From a bacterium (GTDB taxonomy: Bacteria > Patescibacteriota > Patescibacteriia > JACQRZ01), in NCBI GenBank assembly GCA_030688365.1, contig JAUYIE010000021.1:9866-73865 (forward strand): 64,000 nt of DNA. Direction: 5' to 3'. Shown one piece after another: positions 27,821 through 38,657 of the stretch (position 1 is the stretch's first letter; each line of letters starts with the position of its first letter). The translations under genes were made by a program, and so were the position numbers. The notes under the pieces are model-generated. The model searched no databases and was not told the DNA's origin. It saw only the letters and a list, made by a program, of their open reading frames with translations.

Positions 27821-28033
27821 GGTTAGCTGTGTGATGTTTCTTTGGAGAACTATAAACCAATGTAGGTGTTCTCCAAGGATCCTTGTTCTGAATTTTATGT
27901 TCTTTAATATATTTTATTAGCAAAGTACGTTTGCCTTGGTCATGGATGGCCAAAGTATCGCCACTACAATAGTAATGATATTTTTGTAACCTGTAATGGC
28001 GGCCATGCTAATAAATTTATCGGCTCGTTTCCT
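27821..28033 (+). ncRNA. Candidate structured non-coding RNA, class unknown
   Basis: Extended -10 TGtTATACT (27807-27815) followed by several stems and no convincing ORF. Confidence 0.35.
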
Positions 28034-28147
28034 AATAAAAAAGATCTGCTTAATCACAGATCTTTTTCAATATAAAATGCAAGGTCTTTCTTTATTTTCC
28101 AAAAAATACTCGCTCGGATCATCAAATCACGATACAATAAAAGTATT

Positions 28148-28324
28148 ATGAAACGCGCCATTATAAAAACAGAACGCCGTGAGATATTACGACAAAAAAA
28201 GAACCGTGTGGCAGGTGGTGGTTTTAGTGCGCAGGCAAAACGCGAACAGGTAAACAAAGGATACATCGGCCTTGCAAAAGGGGTCAAAAAGAGCATACTG
28301 TCCCGTACGAATGTCCGGGTCTAA
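28148..28324 (+). CDS. Small basic protein, 58 aa; absent from ORF track
   Basis: MKRAIIKTERREILRQKKNRVAGGGFSAQAKREQVNKGYIGLAKGVKKSILSRTNVRV; ends 31 nt before uvrB ATG. Confidence 0.65.
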   Translation: MKRAIIKTERREILRQKKNRVAGGGFSAQAKREQVNKGYIGLAKGVKKSILSRTNVRV

Positions 28325-28355
28325 TATTTATATCCTGTGCGTCCCTATTTTGCCT

Positions 28356-30359
28356 ATGAAATTTGAATTGGTTTCTGATTACAAGCCAGCCGGGGATCAG
28401 GGGGAGGCGATTGAAAGAATCGTGAAGGGGTTTGCAAAACATAAAATGCAGACTCTTTTGGGTGTTACCGGATCGGGAAAGACATTTACGATTGCCAATG
28501 CTATCCAAAAATTGCAGGTACCGACCTTGGTGTTGGCGCACAACAAAACACTCGCGGCACAGCTATATAATGAATTCAAAGAATTTTTTCCAAATAACAA
28601 AGTTTGCTATTTTGTTTCTTACTATGATTACTATCAGCCGGAGAGCTATATGCCTCAAACTGATACCTATATTTCCAAAGAAACGCAAGTCAACGAAAAG
28701 ATTGATCAACTCCGCATAGAGGCGACCGCATCGCTCATGTCTCGGCCTGATGTGATTGTCGTGTCGTCTGTGTCGTGTATATATAGTTTGGGTAACCCGA
28801 TTGAGTTCAAGTCGCATATTGCGACGGTGCACAAAGGGCAGACGATCAAACGCAAGGATTTTTTGCAACAAATGACTGATTTGCTGTATCAGCGCAATGA
28901 TATGGATTTAGGGTCGGGGAAGTTTCGTGCGCGCGGTGATACTGTTGATTTTATCCAAGGATTTGGCGGTGATATGTATCGCGTGCAGTTTTTTGGTAAT
29001 GAGATTGAGAAACTTGAAATCATTGAGCCGATTACATTTACGGTGCGTAGTACGCCGGACACGATCAATATCTTTCCCGCGCGCCCGTTTATGGTGCCGG
29101 ATGAAGTGAAAAAAGGGGCGATACAGGGTATTCGCGATGAGCTGACACAAGAAGCGCCACGGCTTGACATTGTAGAACGTCAGCGTCTGGAACAGCGAAC
29201 GAGTTATGATTTGGAAATGATTGAGCAGTTGGGCTTTTGTAAGGGGATTGAAAACTATTCTCGTCATTTTGATAAGCGAAAAGAAGGGGAACCGCCGTTT
29301 ACCCTGTTGGACTTTTTTTCAATGAATCCGTTTTCAAAAGATTTTTTGCTGTGCATTGATGAAAGTCATGTGAGCTTGCCACAAGTGCGCGGTATGTACC
29401 AGGGCGACCGTACACGCAAGCAGACGTTGGTGGATTATGGGTTTCGTTTGCCGTCGGCATTGGACAATCGCCCACTGAAATTTGCAGAATTTGAAAAATA
29501 TATGGGGCATACGGTGTGCGTGAGCGCGACACCCGGGCCGTATGAACTGGGAAAATCAACACAAGTGGTTGAACAGATTGTCCGTCCGACCGGTCTGACT
29601 GATCCGCCTGTGTTTGTACGACCGATAAAAAACCAGATGGCGGATTTGGCTAAAGAGATCAATAAAACGATCAAGATGGGAAATCGTATTTTGATTACGA
29701 CGTTGACTAAGCGGAGTGCGGAAGATCTTACGGAATACTTGATTGAACATGACTTGAAAGCACGATATCTCCATAGTGAGATTGATACCTTGGAACGTAC
29801 AAAGATTTTGAAAGAACTGCGTCTCGGTGTTTTTGATATTTTGGTGGGTATAAACCTGCTTCGTGAAGGTCTGGACTTGCCAGAAGTCGCGTTGGTTGCG
29901 ATATTGGACGCCGACAAAGAAGGTTTCCTCCGTAATGCGACGAGTCTTGTGCAGACTATTGGTCGTGCTGCTCGTAATATTGATGCAAAAGTGATTTTGT
30001 ATGCCGATCGCATGACTGATTCTATGAAGCAGGCCATGGATGAGACGGCGCGTCGTCGTGAGATACAGATTGCGTATAACAAAAAGCACCACATCACACC
30101 CAAGACGATCATCAAGGAAATCAAGGAAGACTTGGTGATAGATGAGATGAAGGTATATATCAAAGCCGAAGATATCGGAAAATACATCGCCCAGCTTGAG
30201 CAGGAACTACAAGAAGCGGTGGAATTACTTAATTTTGAAAAAGCGATTGAACTGCGCGATATGCTTCACAAAATTCGCAAAGAACAGGGCATTCCCAACC
30301 AAGCGGACTACAGTTTGGATGGGATCAAAAAGCGAGGAAAGATGAAGAAAAAGGGGTAG
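28356..30359 (+). CDS. uvrB: Excinuclease ABC subunit B
   Basis: GVTGSGKT, HNKTLAAQL, SYYDYYQPE, DESH, INLLREGLD, GRAARN, UVR domain. Confidence 0.98.
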   Translation: MKFELVSDYKPAGDQGEAIERIVKGFAKHKMQTLLGVTGSGKTFTIANAIQKLQVPTLVLAHNKTLAAQLYNEFKEFFPNNKVCYFVSYYDYYQPESYMPQTDTYISKETQVNEKIDQLRIEATASLMSRPDVIVVSSVSCIYSLGNPIEFKSHIATVHKGQTIKRKDFLQQMTDLLYQRNDMDLGSGKFRARGDTVDFIQGFGGDMYRVQFFGNEIEKLEIIEPITFTVRSTPDTINIFPARPFMVPDEVKKGAIQGIRDELTQEAPRLDIVERQRLEQRTSYDLEMIEQLGFCKGIENYSRHFDKRKEGEPPFTLLDFFSMNPFSKDFLLCIDESHVSLPQVRGMYQGDRTRKQTLVDYGFRLPSALDNRPLKFAEFEKYMGHTVCVSATPGPYELGKSTQVVEQIVRPTGLTDPPVFVRPIKNQMADLAKEINKTIKMGNRILITTLTKRSAEDLTEYLIEHDLKARYLHSEIDTLERTKILKELRLGVFDILVGINLLREGLDLPEVALVAILDADKEGFLRNATSLVQTIGRAARNIDAKVILYADRMTDSMKQAMDETARRREIQIAYNKKHHITPKTIIKEIKEDLVIDEMKVYIKAEDIGKYIAQLEQELQEAVELLNFEKAIELRDMLHKIRKEQGIPNQADYSLDGIKKRGKMKKKG

Positions 30360-30393
30360 TGTGATATACTTATTAATATAAATCTATTTTTTT

Positions 30394-31455
30394 ATGACCC
30401 CAGAAAAAACAAAGAAGATCGTTATTACATTGAGTTTGTTTGCAGTAGTCGTTGGAATAGTAGGTGTGTTGTGTGTTTCTTATCAGGTAATTCGTTGGCA
30501 ACAAAATGTTTTATTGTCTGTCGCTACAAAAACGGACTCACAAATAACGAAGGATGCACCCCCTGTTTCAGAAAATGCAATAGTAGTGGACGGAGATAAA
30601 TGGAAAACGTATACAAGTAAGACCAGTGGCTATGCAATAAAATATCCAGAATCCTTTCAAGTCAAAGAAGAAACGTCTGCAGATACACTATTTTCAACAA
30701 CAGATGGGTACTTTCGCATTAGTACTAAAAACAATGATATAAGCACCGATCCGATTGCCATCAAAGATTCTTATTATAGAAATGATCAATACGGATATCA
30801 ATATCAGGATAGTTTTCCAATTATCGCAGGGGTGAAGTCATACAAACAAGGACGATATGACGGGGGTGTTATGGAACGGTATTTTGTACCCTATAGTGGC
30901 AAGATTTATACCATTGAGTTTGAATTCAGTTTTTATCCTCCCGATCAGGCATTGAGCGATACAAAAATAGCTTTCATCCAGAATGTTATTTCCACTATGT
31001 CGTTTACAAATGATACGACTTCCGACATGACAAAATGGAAGACGTATGCAAATGAAACGTATGGAATTGAGTTTAGATACCCCTCAGATTGGAAAATGCA
31101 CGATCTTATCCCGACTAACGGTAATCTTTTTACTGTTGGTATGGGAGCTCCTGGGCTTGGTGATGACACGGTATGGGTGAATATTTCTTCTCAAAGCGAT
31201 CTGCGCACGGCGATCAATACACATGTCAAAACATATATCACCGGTACAAAAATAGAAAAAGAACAGACATCCGTACTTGGCGGTGCGGGGGGCATCCTTG
31301 TCTATTTAAATGTTGGCGGTAATAGTTCGCGTCTGGACCGGTGGGTATTTGCCGAACATGACACAAAAGTATATAGCATGGGTATTACTAATGATGTCGC
31401 GCCGTATGACAAGGAGTTTTATCAAATACTCTCAACGTTTAAGTTTACAAAATAA
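30394..31455 (+). CDS. Membrane-anchored protein with two PsbP-like domains
   Basis: N-terminal TM; WKTY....GY/YG.I.YP twice; ends ILSTFKFTK. Confidence 0.75.
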   Translation: MTPEKTKKIVITLSLFAVVVGIVGVLCVSYQVIRWQQNVLLSVATKTDSQITKDAPPVSENAIVVDGDKWKTYTSKTSGYAIKYPESFQVKEETSADTLFSTTDGYFRISTKNNDISTDPIAIKDSYYRNDQYGYQYQDSFPIIAGVKSYKQGRYDGGVMERYFVPYSGKIYTIEFEFSFYPPDQALSDTKIAFIQNVISTMSFTNDTTSDMTKWKTYANETYGIEFRYPSDWKMHDLIPTNGNLFTVGMGAPGLGDDTVWVNISSQSDLRTAINTHVKTYITGTKIEKEQTSVLGGAGGILVYLNVGGNSSRLDRWVFAEHDTKVYSMGITNDVAPYDKEFYQILSTFKFTK

Positions 31456-31474
31456 TTTTTTTTGCGTATTTCTT

Positions 31475-32779
31475 ATGACCCCCGACAAAACAACTAAGAT
31501 CGTTATCGCCCTTGGTCTTGTCGCGCTTCTTGTTGCCGCTGGCGGAGTAGGGTATACGTTATATAAAAGTTATCAAGAAAGAGTTATGGAACGTTCTATG
31601 CTTGGATTTCCACCAACATATAATTATGATATAGAAAAGCTAATAGAAAAGACCGACAAACAAACCTATACAAACTCTGATCTTGGTTTTAGTATGCAGT
31701 ATCCCTCTGCGTGGCCAGTTGCGAGGGATATGGAAAAGATTGGCGGTAATCTCCGTACCTACATCCATGACGGTAAGTATATGGAAGGATGTTGTTCTGG
31801 TGTGCGTCTGGAAGTAATAGATATCGCTGAAAAGACATTGTATGAAAAATACTCTGACAAAGAGAACCTCGACATCAAACAATCTTTTACGACGATAAGT
31901 CTCGGAAGTATGACAGTAAACGAATATGTACGGATTACCCACTATGGCGATGACGAACGAGTAACATTTGTGCCATTAGGAAATAAAACATTAGAAATAG
32001 GCCGAGGAGAGAATGATGAGGCGGCGGAACAGATTGTTAAAAGTTTTGCATTTTTGGCAGTTGGCGCACCGAATCAGTTATTGGGCAAGCCGAAACTTAT
32101 AGCCAGCGTGAACGATACCGCGCACTCGCAGAAAGCGCTCTTTACAGAAAGAGCATATGGTACACAAGGCAAATTTGGCATGCTTAACACCTATACCATT
32201 ACTAAATTAACATTGGCAAAAACAGATTCCACGGGCTTGGAGCCGGAGATAGAACTGTTGTCTCTGGATAGTAGAACAGCCGATTACAATCCGGACGATG
32301 AAGAGTTTGGGGAGTACGCGTTTATAATCGGTAATACCTATTTTTCAAAGAGCGGGACATATTTGGTTACCAGCACCGAAGGTTTTATGAACACACGGAC
32401 GGATTATCTGATTGATCTTTCCAGGGCGACAAGCATGCAAAAAGGCCACCTTGCTCTTTCTTTTGATGAAAAAGATGTCTTGTTTATATCCGGCGATGGT
32501 ATACGGATGATACCGATCAATAATTTCATGCAGGGCAAACGTTCAGGCAAGACAGTATTTCAAAGCGAGCTGAATATCACTTATGTCCGGTCGATGGATG
32601 CGGATCACATAGCGTTTTTTACCTATTGCAACGGGAGCAACCCGCCTGAAGATGATGAGTTTACTTACAAAGGAAAAATATATCAGAAGGGGTATTATTC
32701 CCTTGATATAAATACGGGACTTCTCATCAAAAAAACTATCCCCGATGGGGTAGATCTGCATTCAGGGCTGTGCCAATGA
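31475..32779 (+). CDS. Membrane-anchored protein, PsbP-like domain plus beta-rich C-terminus
   Basis: N-terminus MTPDKTTKIVIALGL paralogous to upstream gene; YTNSDLGFSMQYPSAW. Confidence 0.7.
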   Translation: MTPDKTTKIVIALGLVALLVAAGGVGYTLYKSYQERVMERSMLGFPPTYNYDIEKLIEKTDKQTYTNSDLGFSMQYPSAWPVARDMEKIGGNLRTYIHDGKYMEGCCSGVRLEVIDIAEKTLYEKYSDKENLDIKQSFTTISLGSMTVNEYVRITHYGDDERVTFVPLGNKTLEIGRGENDEAAEQIVKSFAFLAVGAPNQLLGKPKLIASVNDTAHSQKALFTERAYGTQGKFGMLNTYTITKLTLAKTDSTGLEPEIELLSLDSRTADYNPDDEEFGEYAFIIGNTYFSKSGTYLVTSTEGFMNTRTDYLIDLSRATSMQKGHLALSFDEKDVLFISGDGIRMIPINNFMQGKRSGKTVFQSELNITYVRSMDADHIAFFTYCNGSNPPEDDEFTYKGKIYQKGYYSLDINTGLLIKKTIPDGVDLHSGLCQ

Positions 32780-32873
32780 TAAGCATATTATGAATGTTCA
32801 AGATCACATTGTACTTTCTCGTGCAGGGTGTATAAAATAACATCAACAGATATTAATTTGTAAATACTTTGTT

Positions 32874-35069
32874 ATGAAAATAGGTCGTATCATGCTTGCG
32901 AGCGTTTTATTGCTTGGAAGTTTTATGTATGCCGGCAGTTTGTTTGCCGCGACGCAATTTCAAGTTGAAAAAGTGGAGTTGGAAAAAGTCGATGCGATAG
33001 GACAGGATGCTGAAGATGTAAGAACATTTCGTATTTATATCACTGATCCCATAGAGAAAATGACCATTTCGATTTGGGAATATCCGCATACCTCGATTAC
33101 TGATTCCCCATATATGACAACGACAATAAGCGGTTCGTCAGGACTTACTATGTACTATGTCAGCCCCGGATGGTTTACAAAGAAACTGAAGCCAAATACT
33201 TCCTATACCTACCGTATCACAGCGTACAAACACGATGCGACGTCAGATATGAATAACACCTATGAAGGGACATTTACTACGACAAGTTTTAGCCCATTAC
33301 CTGATTTGACGGTGACGAATGTACAGTACTCTTCACCTAGCAACACTACAGGTGAGTCAGGGACTTTGTCTGTGACTATAAAGAATCTTGGTGGTGATTT
33401 GACTAGCGGACAGGGCTTGTATAACTGGTACATGAATTTTAACGCTCAAGATTTTATTTATGATTTAAGCGCATTTAAGAGCAGTCGAAGCATGCCGACC
33501 GTTGCTGATCCTTTGAGTGTGAATGAATCAGTCACTTTTTCGTGGGAAGGGACATTTCGTACCGCAGGTAACTTGTATTTACATTTTACTGTGGATAATG
33601 CCAATGAATTACGGGAGTTTAATGAAAATAACAATACGCTATCAACGACAGTAACAATTAAAAATAAGACCTCTGTCACACGTCCCGAGATTAGCACATT
33701 TAATGTAGGCGACGGGCATGACTATTTGATACAGGGTAATACTATGAATATACAATGGTCATCAAAGAATGCAGTATATTGTATAGCAACCGGGGATTGG
33801 AGTGGAAGAAAGAATGTAAACGGAGTGGAACGTGTGACGGTGCAGTCGTATGGATACAGGAATTATGGACTGCAATGCTATGACAATGACGGGAATATCA
33901 GTATTCCCATAGCGTCAACACTGTTTGCGGGCTCAACATTGAACGCGCCAAGACAGGATGGTGACTTACGTGTTTTAGCTACTCCGGTCACAATCACGTC
34001 GTCTGGCTCGGTTGAAATTAACACGACCTTTAATCAGCAACCCGGCGTCGCAATGATTATATTTACAGAAAGCAGTGCCACTCCTTCTCATCAAGTCGTT
34101 GTATTCCTTGGACCTGACAAGATAAATGGTTCCACGGTAAAGTTTGTGCCACCTCTTCAGGTGAACACTTCATATTTTTATGTTATTACCGCTCAAAGTG
34201 GTAATGTGGCCAAAGATGTGGTCGTACACAACGGCTCGTTGACGACGGCATCTACAGGACAGTTTGAAAATCCTTCCCTAGACAAAAAACCAACAGTATC
34301 CATACCCGAAACTAAAAAAGCAATGGATGCCCGACAAATCGTTGATATTGAGAAAAAAGCAAGCCAATTGCAAAATAATCAAACGGATCAGCTTCTTGCG
34401 GAGTTAAAAGAATTGCGTGATATCGTCAGAGAACAGCAATCAGAGATTAAGTATCTCAAAAAAGTCTCAACCGACTTGCAAAATCTGAACGAACAAATGA
34501 AGCAGGCAGTGACGACATTTGTTACGTATGGCATTGATGATAATACAAAAAGACTGGGTGCGGGAGAGCGCGCCGCGGTGATCAATTCATATAAGACAGC
34601 ATTCAATAAATTACCCGAAACAGATGAAGAGTTACAAGACTTGTTTCGGATTGCAAATGGTCGTTTCCCTTCCCTGACAAACAAAGATGCGGAAAAAAGA
34701 GCAAAAAATGAATTCAGGATGATCTATAAGCGGGTCGCGAATATGGAAAATGCCAATGATCGCGCGGCAATCACCGTGATGGCATACGGCTTGCGCCAGT
34801 CTGCGCAAAACCGGAATCTGAACAGCGAAAGCGCGGCTATTTCCGTGTTTCAAAGAATATATGGCCATGTACCTCAAAAAACAGAAGAGTGGAACACCAT
34901 GCAGGCGATCGCGTATTCAGGCGCATCTCGAAATGCTGACAGGGATAAAGACGGACTTTCTGATGAAGACGAGGCATCCATCGGCACTGATGCGGACAAT
35001 CCTGATACCGATAGTGATGGACACCCTGACGGGACAGAAGTAGATAATGGTTTCAGTCCATTAAAATAA
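32874..35069 (+). CDS. Secreted surface protein (FN3-like, CARDB, coiled coil, Ca-binding repeat)
   Basis: Signal peptide; LKPNTSYTYRITA; LPDLTV...VDNANELREFNENNN; DRDKDGLSD..DTDSDGHPDG. Confidence 0.8.
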   Translation: MKIGRIMLASVLLLGSFMYAGSLFAATQFQVEKVELEKVDAIGQDAEDVRTFRIYITDPIEKMTISIWEYPHTSITDSPYMTTTISGSSGLTMYYVSPGWFTKKLKPNTSYTYRITAYKHDATSDMNNTYEGTFTTTSFSPLPDLTVTNVQYSSPSNTTGESGTLSVTIKNLGGDLTSGQGLYNWYMNFNAQDFIYDLSAFKSSRSMPTVADPLSVNESVTFSWEGTFRTAGNLYLHFTVDNANELREFNENNNTLSTTVTIKNKTSVTRPEISTFNVGDGHDYLIQGNTMNIQWSSKNAVYCIATGDWSGRKNVNGVERVTVQSYGYRNYGLQCYDNDGNISIPIASTLFAGSTLNAPRQDGDLRVLATPVTITSSGSVEINTTFNQQPGVAMIIFTESSATPSHQVVVFLGPDKINGSTVKFVPPLQVNTSYFYVITAQSGNVAKDVVVHNGSLTTASTGQFENPSLDKKPTVSIPETKKAMDARQIVDIEKKASQLQNNQTDQLLAELKELRDIVREQQSEIKYLKKVSTDLQNLNEQMKQAVTTFVTYGIDDNTKRLGAGERAAVINSYKTAFNKLPETDEELQDLFRIANGRFPSLTNKDAEKRAKNEFRMIYKRVANMENANDRAAITVMAYGLRQSAQNRNLNSESAAISVFQRIYGHVPQKTEEWNTMQAIAYSGASRNADRDKDGLSDEDEASIGTDADNPDTDSDGHPDGTEVDNGFSPLK

Positions 35070-35089
35070 GTATTCTTGCAAAGCGATTA

Positions 35090-35146
35090 CAAAAAGACCC
35101 CCTGCAATCCGCCAGCCGGCGAAGGCGGATCGGGTCTTTTTCTTTT
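35090..35146. terminator. Bidirectional terminator with palindromic insert in the loop
   Basis: aaaaagaccc/gggtcttttt stem enclosing atccgccagccggcgaaggcggat. Confidence 0.7.
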
Positions 35147-35172
35147 TGGGGAAATGAGGTATACTCTTTGCT

Positions 35173-35676
35173 ATGAAAGAAAATCGCAACAATTATGCGT
35201 TTATTGACAGTCAGAATTTGAATTTGAGTATTCGGCAGATGGGGTGGAGGCTGAATTTTGCTAAATTTCGTCAATACTTAAGCGATAAATATGGGATTAC
35301 TCATGCATTTTTGTTTATTGGATTTGTACGGGGGAACGAGGCTATGTATACTCGTTTGCAGAGAGACGGGTTTATCTGTGTATTTAAACCAACTCTCGAA
35401 CTGCCTGATGGGAGTGTAAAAGGCAATGTTGATGCGGAATTGGTACTCCATACGATGATTCAATACCCCCATTTTGAGAAAGCGGTGATTGTCACGGGGG
35501 ATGGTGATTTTTATTGTTTGGTGGAATATTTACGCGATCAAGAAAAACTCTTGAAGTTGCTTATTCCCGATAGACATTCATATTCTGGTCTTTTTAAGAG
35601 ATTGAGTACGCCGGAATACAACATTTTTGATTTTATAGATGCCTTGCGTGGAAAGCTTGAATTTATCAAAAAATAA
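35173..35676 (+). CDS. NYN domain (LabA/DUF88, PIN-like) ribonuclease
   Basis: FIDSQNL, KGNVDAELV, VTGDGDF acidic motifs. Confidence 0.9.
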   Translation: MKENRNNYAFIDSQNLNLSIRQMGWRLNFAKFRQYLSDKYGITHAFLFIGFVRGNEAMYTRLQRDGFICVFKPTLELPDGSVKGNVDAELVLHTMIQYPHFEKAVIVTGDGDFYCLVEYLRDQEKLLKLLIPDRHSYSGLFKRLSTPEYNIFDFIDALRGKLEFIKK

Positions 35677-35730
35677 ATAAAAAAGGCTCTTGTCGGGACG
35701 GAACCCTTCGAGAACCTCTTTCGTCGTGAT
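35677..35730 (-). ncRNA. Candidate small structured RNA convergent with the NYN gene
   Basis: AUCACGACGAAAGAGGUUCUCGAAGGGUUCCGUCCCGACAAGAGCCUUUUUU: 11-bp outer stem, inner hairpin, U6 end; own promoter. Confidence 0.6.
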
Positions 35731-35736
35731 GTATAC

Positions 35737-35764
35737 AATATACCATACTTACTGAAAATGTCAA
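35737..35764 (-). promoter_or_regulatory. Sigma70 promoter for the candidate small RNA
   Basis: Minus strand TTGACA(35764-35759)-16 nt-TATATT(35742-35737) with extended TGn; no ORF downstream on that strand. Confidence 0.65.
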
Positions 35765-35765
35765 T

Positions 35766-38591
35766 ATGTCCAAAGATCAGGAGTTCATACAAATACGCGG
35801 TGCGCGTCAGCATAACCTCAAAAATATTGACGTTGATATCCCTATCAATTCTTTTACGGTGATTACTGGTTTGTCGGGAAGTGGGAAATCGTCTTTGGCG
35901 TTTGATACGCTCTATGCCGAAGGTCAGCGTCGCTATGTGGAAAGTTTGTCGGCGTACGCACGGCAGTTTTTGGGTATTATGAATAAGCCGGACGTGGATT
36001 CTATCAAAGGTCTTTCACCGGCGATTGCCATAGAACAAAAGAAACTGTCTGCCAATCCGCGATCTACCGTCGGGACAGTCACGGAGATATATGACTACTT
36101 GCGTTTGCTTTATGCGCGTATCGGTATTCCACACTGTTATTCGTGTGGAAAACTGATTCGTAAGCAAGATGCACAAAGTATTTCCAAGTCTATCATCTCG
36201 GATTACAATGGCGCGCAGATCACTATCTTAGCGCCACTCGTGCGGGCGCGTAAAGGAACGTACGAATATCTTTTTGATGATCTCAAACGACAAGGGTTCC
36301 GCCGTGTACGCGTTGATGGGGTGTTTTACAATCTCGGGACGGAAAGTATTATTTTGAAACGTTATGTCGCGCATACTATTGAGGTGGCACTGGATCGACT
36401 GGGTGCAGATAGCGATGAAAAATCGCGCATGCAAGAAGCGGTAGAAAGTGCGTTGAAACTGGGAAATGGATTTATGATTGTGTTGGTAGAGCGTGCAGAG
36501 GCAAAGCACAATGTCGGCGGGAAAAAATATGAGGAAAAAATGTACAGTCAACACTTGGCGTGCATTGATTGCGGACTCAATTTTGAAGAAATGCAACCGC
36601 GCATGTTTTCTTTCAACGCACCCCAAGGAGCATGTCCCGAGTGTCATGGTATCGGTATTATTGAAGAGTTTGAGGAGGAGCTTATCATGCCATTGCCGTC
36701 CCGATCTATCATGGAAGGCGGTATCGCGCCGTGGAGTAAGATCGTGCCCGTACACTGGGACAAGATTGAACGCATGGCAGAATATTACAAGTTTGATCCG
36801 TGGACGCCTCTCAAACAATATTCCCGTGATATCATCAATCTTTTGTTGTGGGGGGATACAGACACAGAAACGGATCGGCATTATGGACATTTTGAGGGTG
36901 TCATTCCGCAACTGAAGCGTATTTACCGTCAGACAGATTCGGAAGCCATGCGTACGGCTATTCGCAAGTACATGCGCGAGACACAGTGCCCTAGTTGTCA
37001 GGGCAACCGTCTGAAAAAAGAAAGCCTCTTTGTATATATTGGTGGAAAAAATATTGTGCAATATACTGAACTGTCTATACGCGAGTGTTTTGACTTTATA
37101 GATACGCTAAAGCTGACGGCTACAGAGAAAAAGATCGCAGAGACAGTAGTAAAAGAAATCAAAGCGCGGTTGTCGTTTCTCAACAATGTCGGTCTTGATT
37201 ATTTGTCGCTTGCGCGTACCACAAAAACGCTTTCCGGTGGAGAATGGCAACGCATTCATCTTGCAACACAGATCGGTTCGGAGTTGCGAGGGGTGATGTA
37301 TATTTTGGATGAACCGTCCATCGGTCTACACCAGCGTGATAACGGCAAACTGATTGATACGCTGAAAGGTCTGCGGGATCTGGGTAATAGTGTGATTGTC
37401 GTGGAACATGATGAAGATACGATGGCTTCGGCCGATCATATCATTGATATTGGTCTAGGTGCGGGCGTACATGGGGGATCGGTGATTGCACAAGGGACAT
37501 TTGAACAAATAAAAAAGAGTAAAAATTCTCTTACAGGGCAATACCTTTCCGGTAAAAAGAAAATAGCGATTCCTGATCATCGCCGACCGGCACGGGGATT
37601 TTTAACGATAAAAAACGCGCATGGACACAATCTAAAAAATATTGATGTCAAGATTCCTCTTAGTGTGTTTTGCTGTATTACGGGCGTCTCGGGAAGCGGG
37701 AAAAGTACTCTTATCAACGAAACACTCTATCCCGCGCTTTCAAAATATTTTGGGGAGACGGTGGATGCTCCCGCCAAGCACGATCGTATAGAAGGGCTTG
37801 ATCAGCTTGATAAGGTCATCACGATTGATCAGTCGCCAATCGGACGTACTCCGCGTTCCAATCCCGCCACCTACACCGGCGTCTTTACCTATATCCGCGA
37901 ACTGTTTGCCGCCACCAAAGAAGCACGCGTGCGAGGGTATCGTGATGGACGTTTTAGTTTTAATGTCTCTGACGGTCGATGTGGCAACTGTGAAGGAGAT
38001 GGAGTTATTAAGATAGAAATGCATTTTTTGCCTGATGTATACATTCCCTGCGAGGTTTGTGGAGGGAAGCGTTACAATGATGAAACTTTGTCGGTGAAAT
38101 ACAAAGACAAAACGATCGCAGATGTGTTGGACATGACGGTGGAAGAAGCGCTGGATTTTTTCCGACCAGTGCCGAGGATAAAAAACAAAATGCAGACACT
38201 CTATGATGTCGGTTTGAGCTATATCAAGCTGGGACAGTCATCAACCACCCTTTCCGGTGGTGAAGCACAACGAGTGAAACTTGCTACCGAACTCGCAAAA
38301 CGTGATACAGGCAGGACGATGTATCATCTGGACGAACCGACGACCGGTCTTCATTTTGACGATATTCAAAAACTTCTTACCGTACTCAATCGTCTGGTGG
38401 AGAAAGGAAACTCCGTCATTGTCATTGAACACAACCTTGATGTCATAAAAACCGCTGATTATATCATTGATCTTGGTCCCGAAGGCGGACAAGCAGGGGG
38501 GAATATTATCGCTGTCGGCAAACCCGAAGAAGTGGTTAAAATAAAGGAGAGTTATACAGGGCATTTTTTGAAAAAGGTACTGAAGAAGTAA
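35766..38591 (+). CDS. uvrA: Excinuclease ABC subunit A
   Basis: [23 protein letters not shown], two ABC domains with LSGGE, Zn fingers. Confidence 0.98.
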   Translation: MSKDQEFIQIRGARQHNLKNIDVDIPINSFTVITGLSGSGKSSLAFDTLYAEGQRRYVESLSAYARQFLGIMNKPDVDSIKGLSPAIAIEQKKLSANPRSTVGTVTEIYDYLRLLYARIGIPHCYSCGKLIRKQDAQSISKSIISDYNGAQITILAPLVRARKGTYEYLFDDLKRQGFRRVRVDGVFYNLGTESIILKRYVAHTIEVALDRLGADSDEKSRMQEAVESALKLGNGFMIVLVERAEAKHNVGGKKYEEKMYSQHLACIDCGLNFEEMQPRMFSFNAPQGACPECHGIGIIEEFEEELIMPLPSRSIMEGGIAPWSKIVPVHWDKIERMAEYYKFDPWTPLKQYSRDIINLLLWGDTDTETDRHYGHFEGVIPQLKRIYRQTDSEAMRTAIRKYMRETQCPSCQGNRLKKESLFVYIGGKNIVQYTELSIRECFDFIDTLKLTATEKKIAETVVKEIKARLSFLNNVGLDYLSLARTTKTLSGGEWQRIHLATQIGSELRGVMYILDEPSIGLHQRDNGKLIDTLKGLRDLGNSVIVVEHDEDTMASADHIIDIGLGAGVHGGSVIAQGTFEQIKKSKNSLTGQYLSGKKKIAIPDHRRPARGFLTIKNAHGHNLKNIDVKIPLSVFCCITGVSGSGKSTLINETLYPALSKYFGETVDAPAKHDRIEGLDQLDKVITIDQSPIGRTPRSNPATYTGVFTYIRELFAATKEARVRGYRDGRFSFNVSDGRCGNCEGDGVIKIEMHFLPDVYIPCEVCGGKRYNDETLSVKYKDKTIADVLDMTVEEALDFFRPVPRIKNKMQTLYDVGLSYIKLGQSSTTLSGGEAQRVKLATELAKRDTGRTMYHLDEPTTGLHFDDIQKLLTVLNRLVEKGNSVIVIEHNLDVIKTADYIIDLGPEGGQAGGNIIAVGKPEEVVKIKESYTGHFLKKVLKK

Positions 38592-38657
38592 ATAGGAACC
38601 GTATATCTAGCATTTCTTTTGTTATAAGGACAAAACTCGTTCATGGAAGGCCAATTC

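Noticed and set aside
27920-27940. GGCAAAC (c-di-GMP-I-like) on minus strand
   Set aside because: Following GNRA stem and GCAAAG/P3 elements are missing
35700-35722. preQ1-I riboswitch look-alike (AGAGGUUCU on minus strand)
   Set aside because: Lacks the short P1 partner and A-rich tail; no gene downstream on that strand
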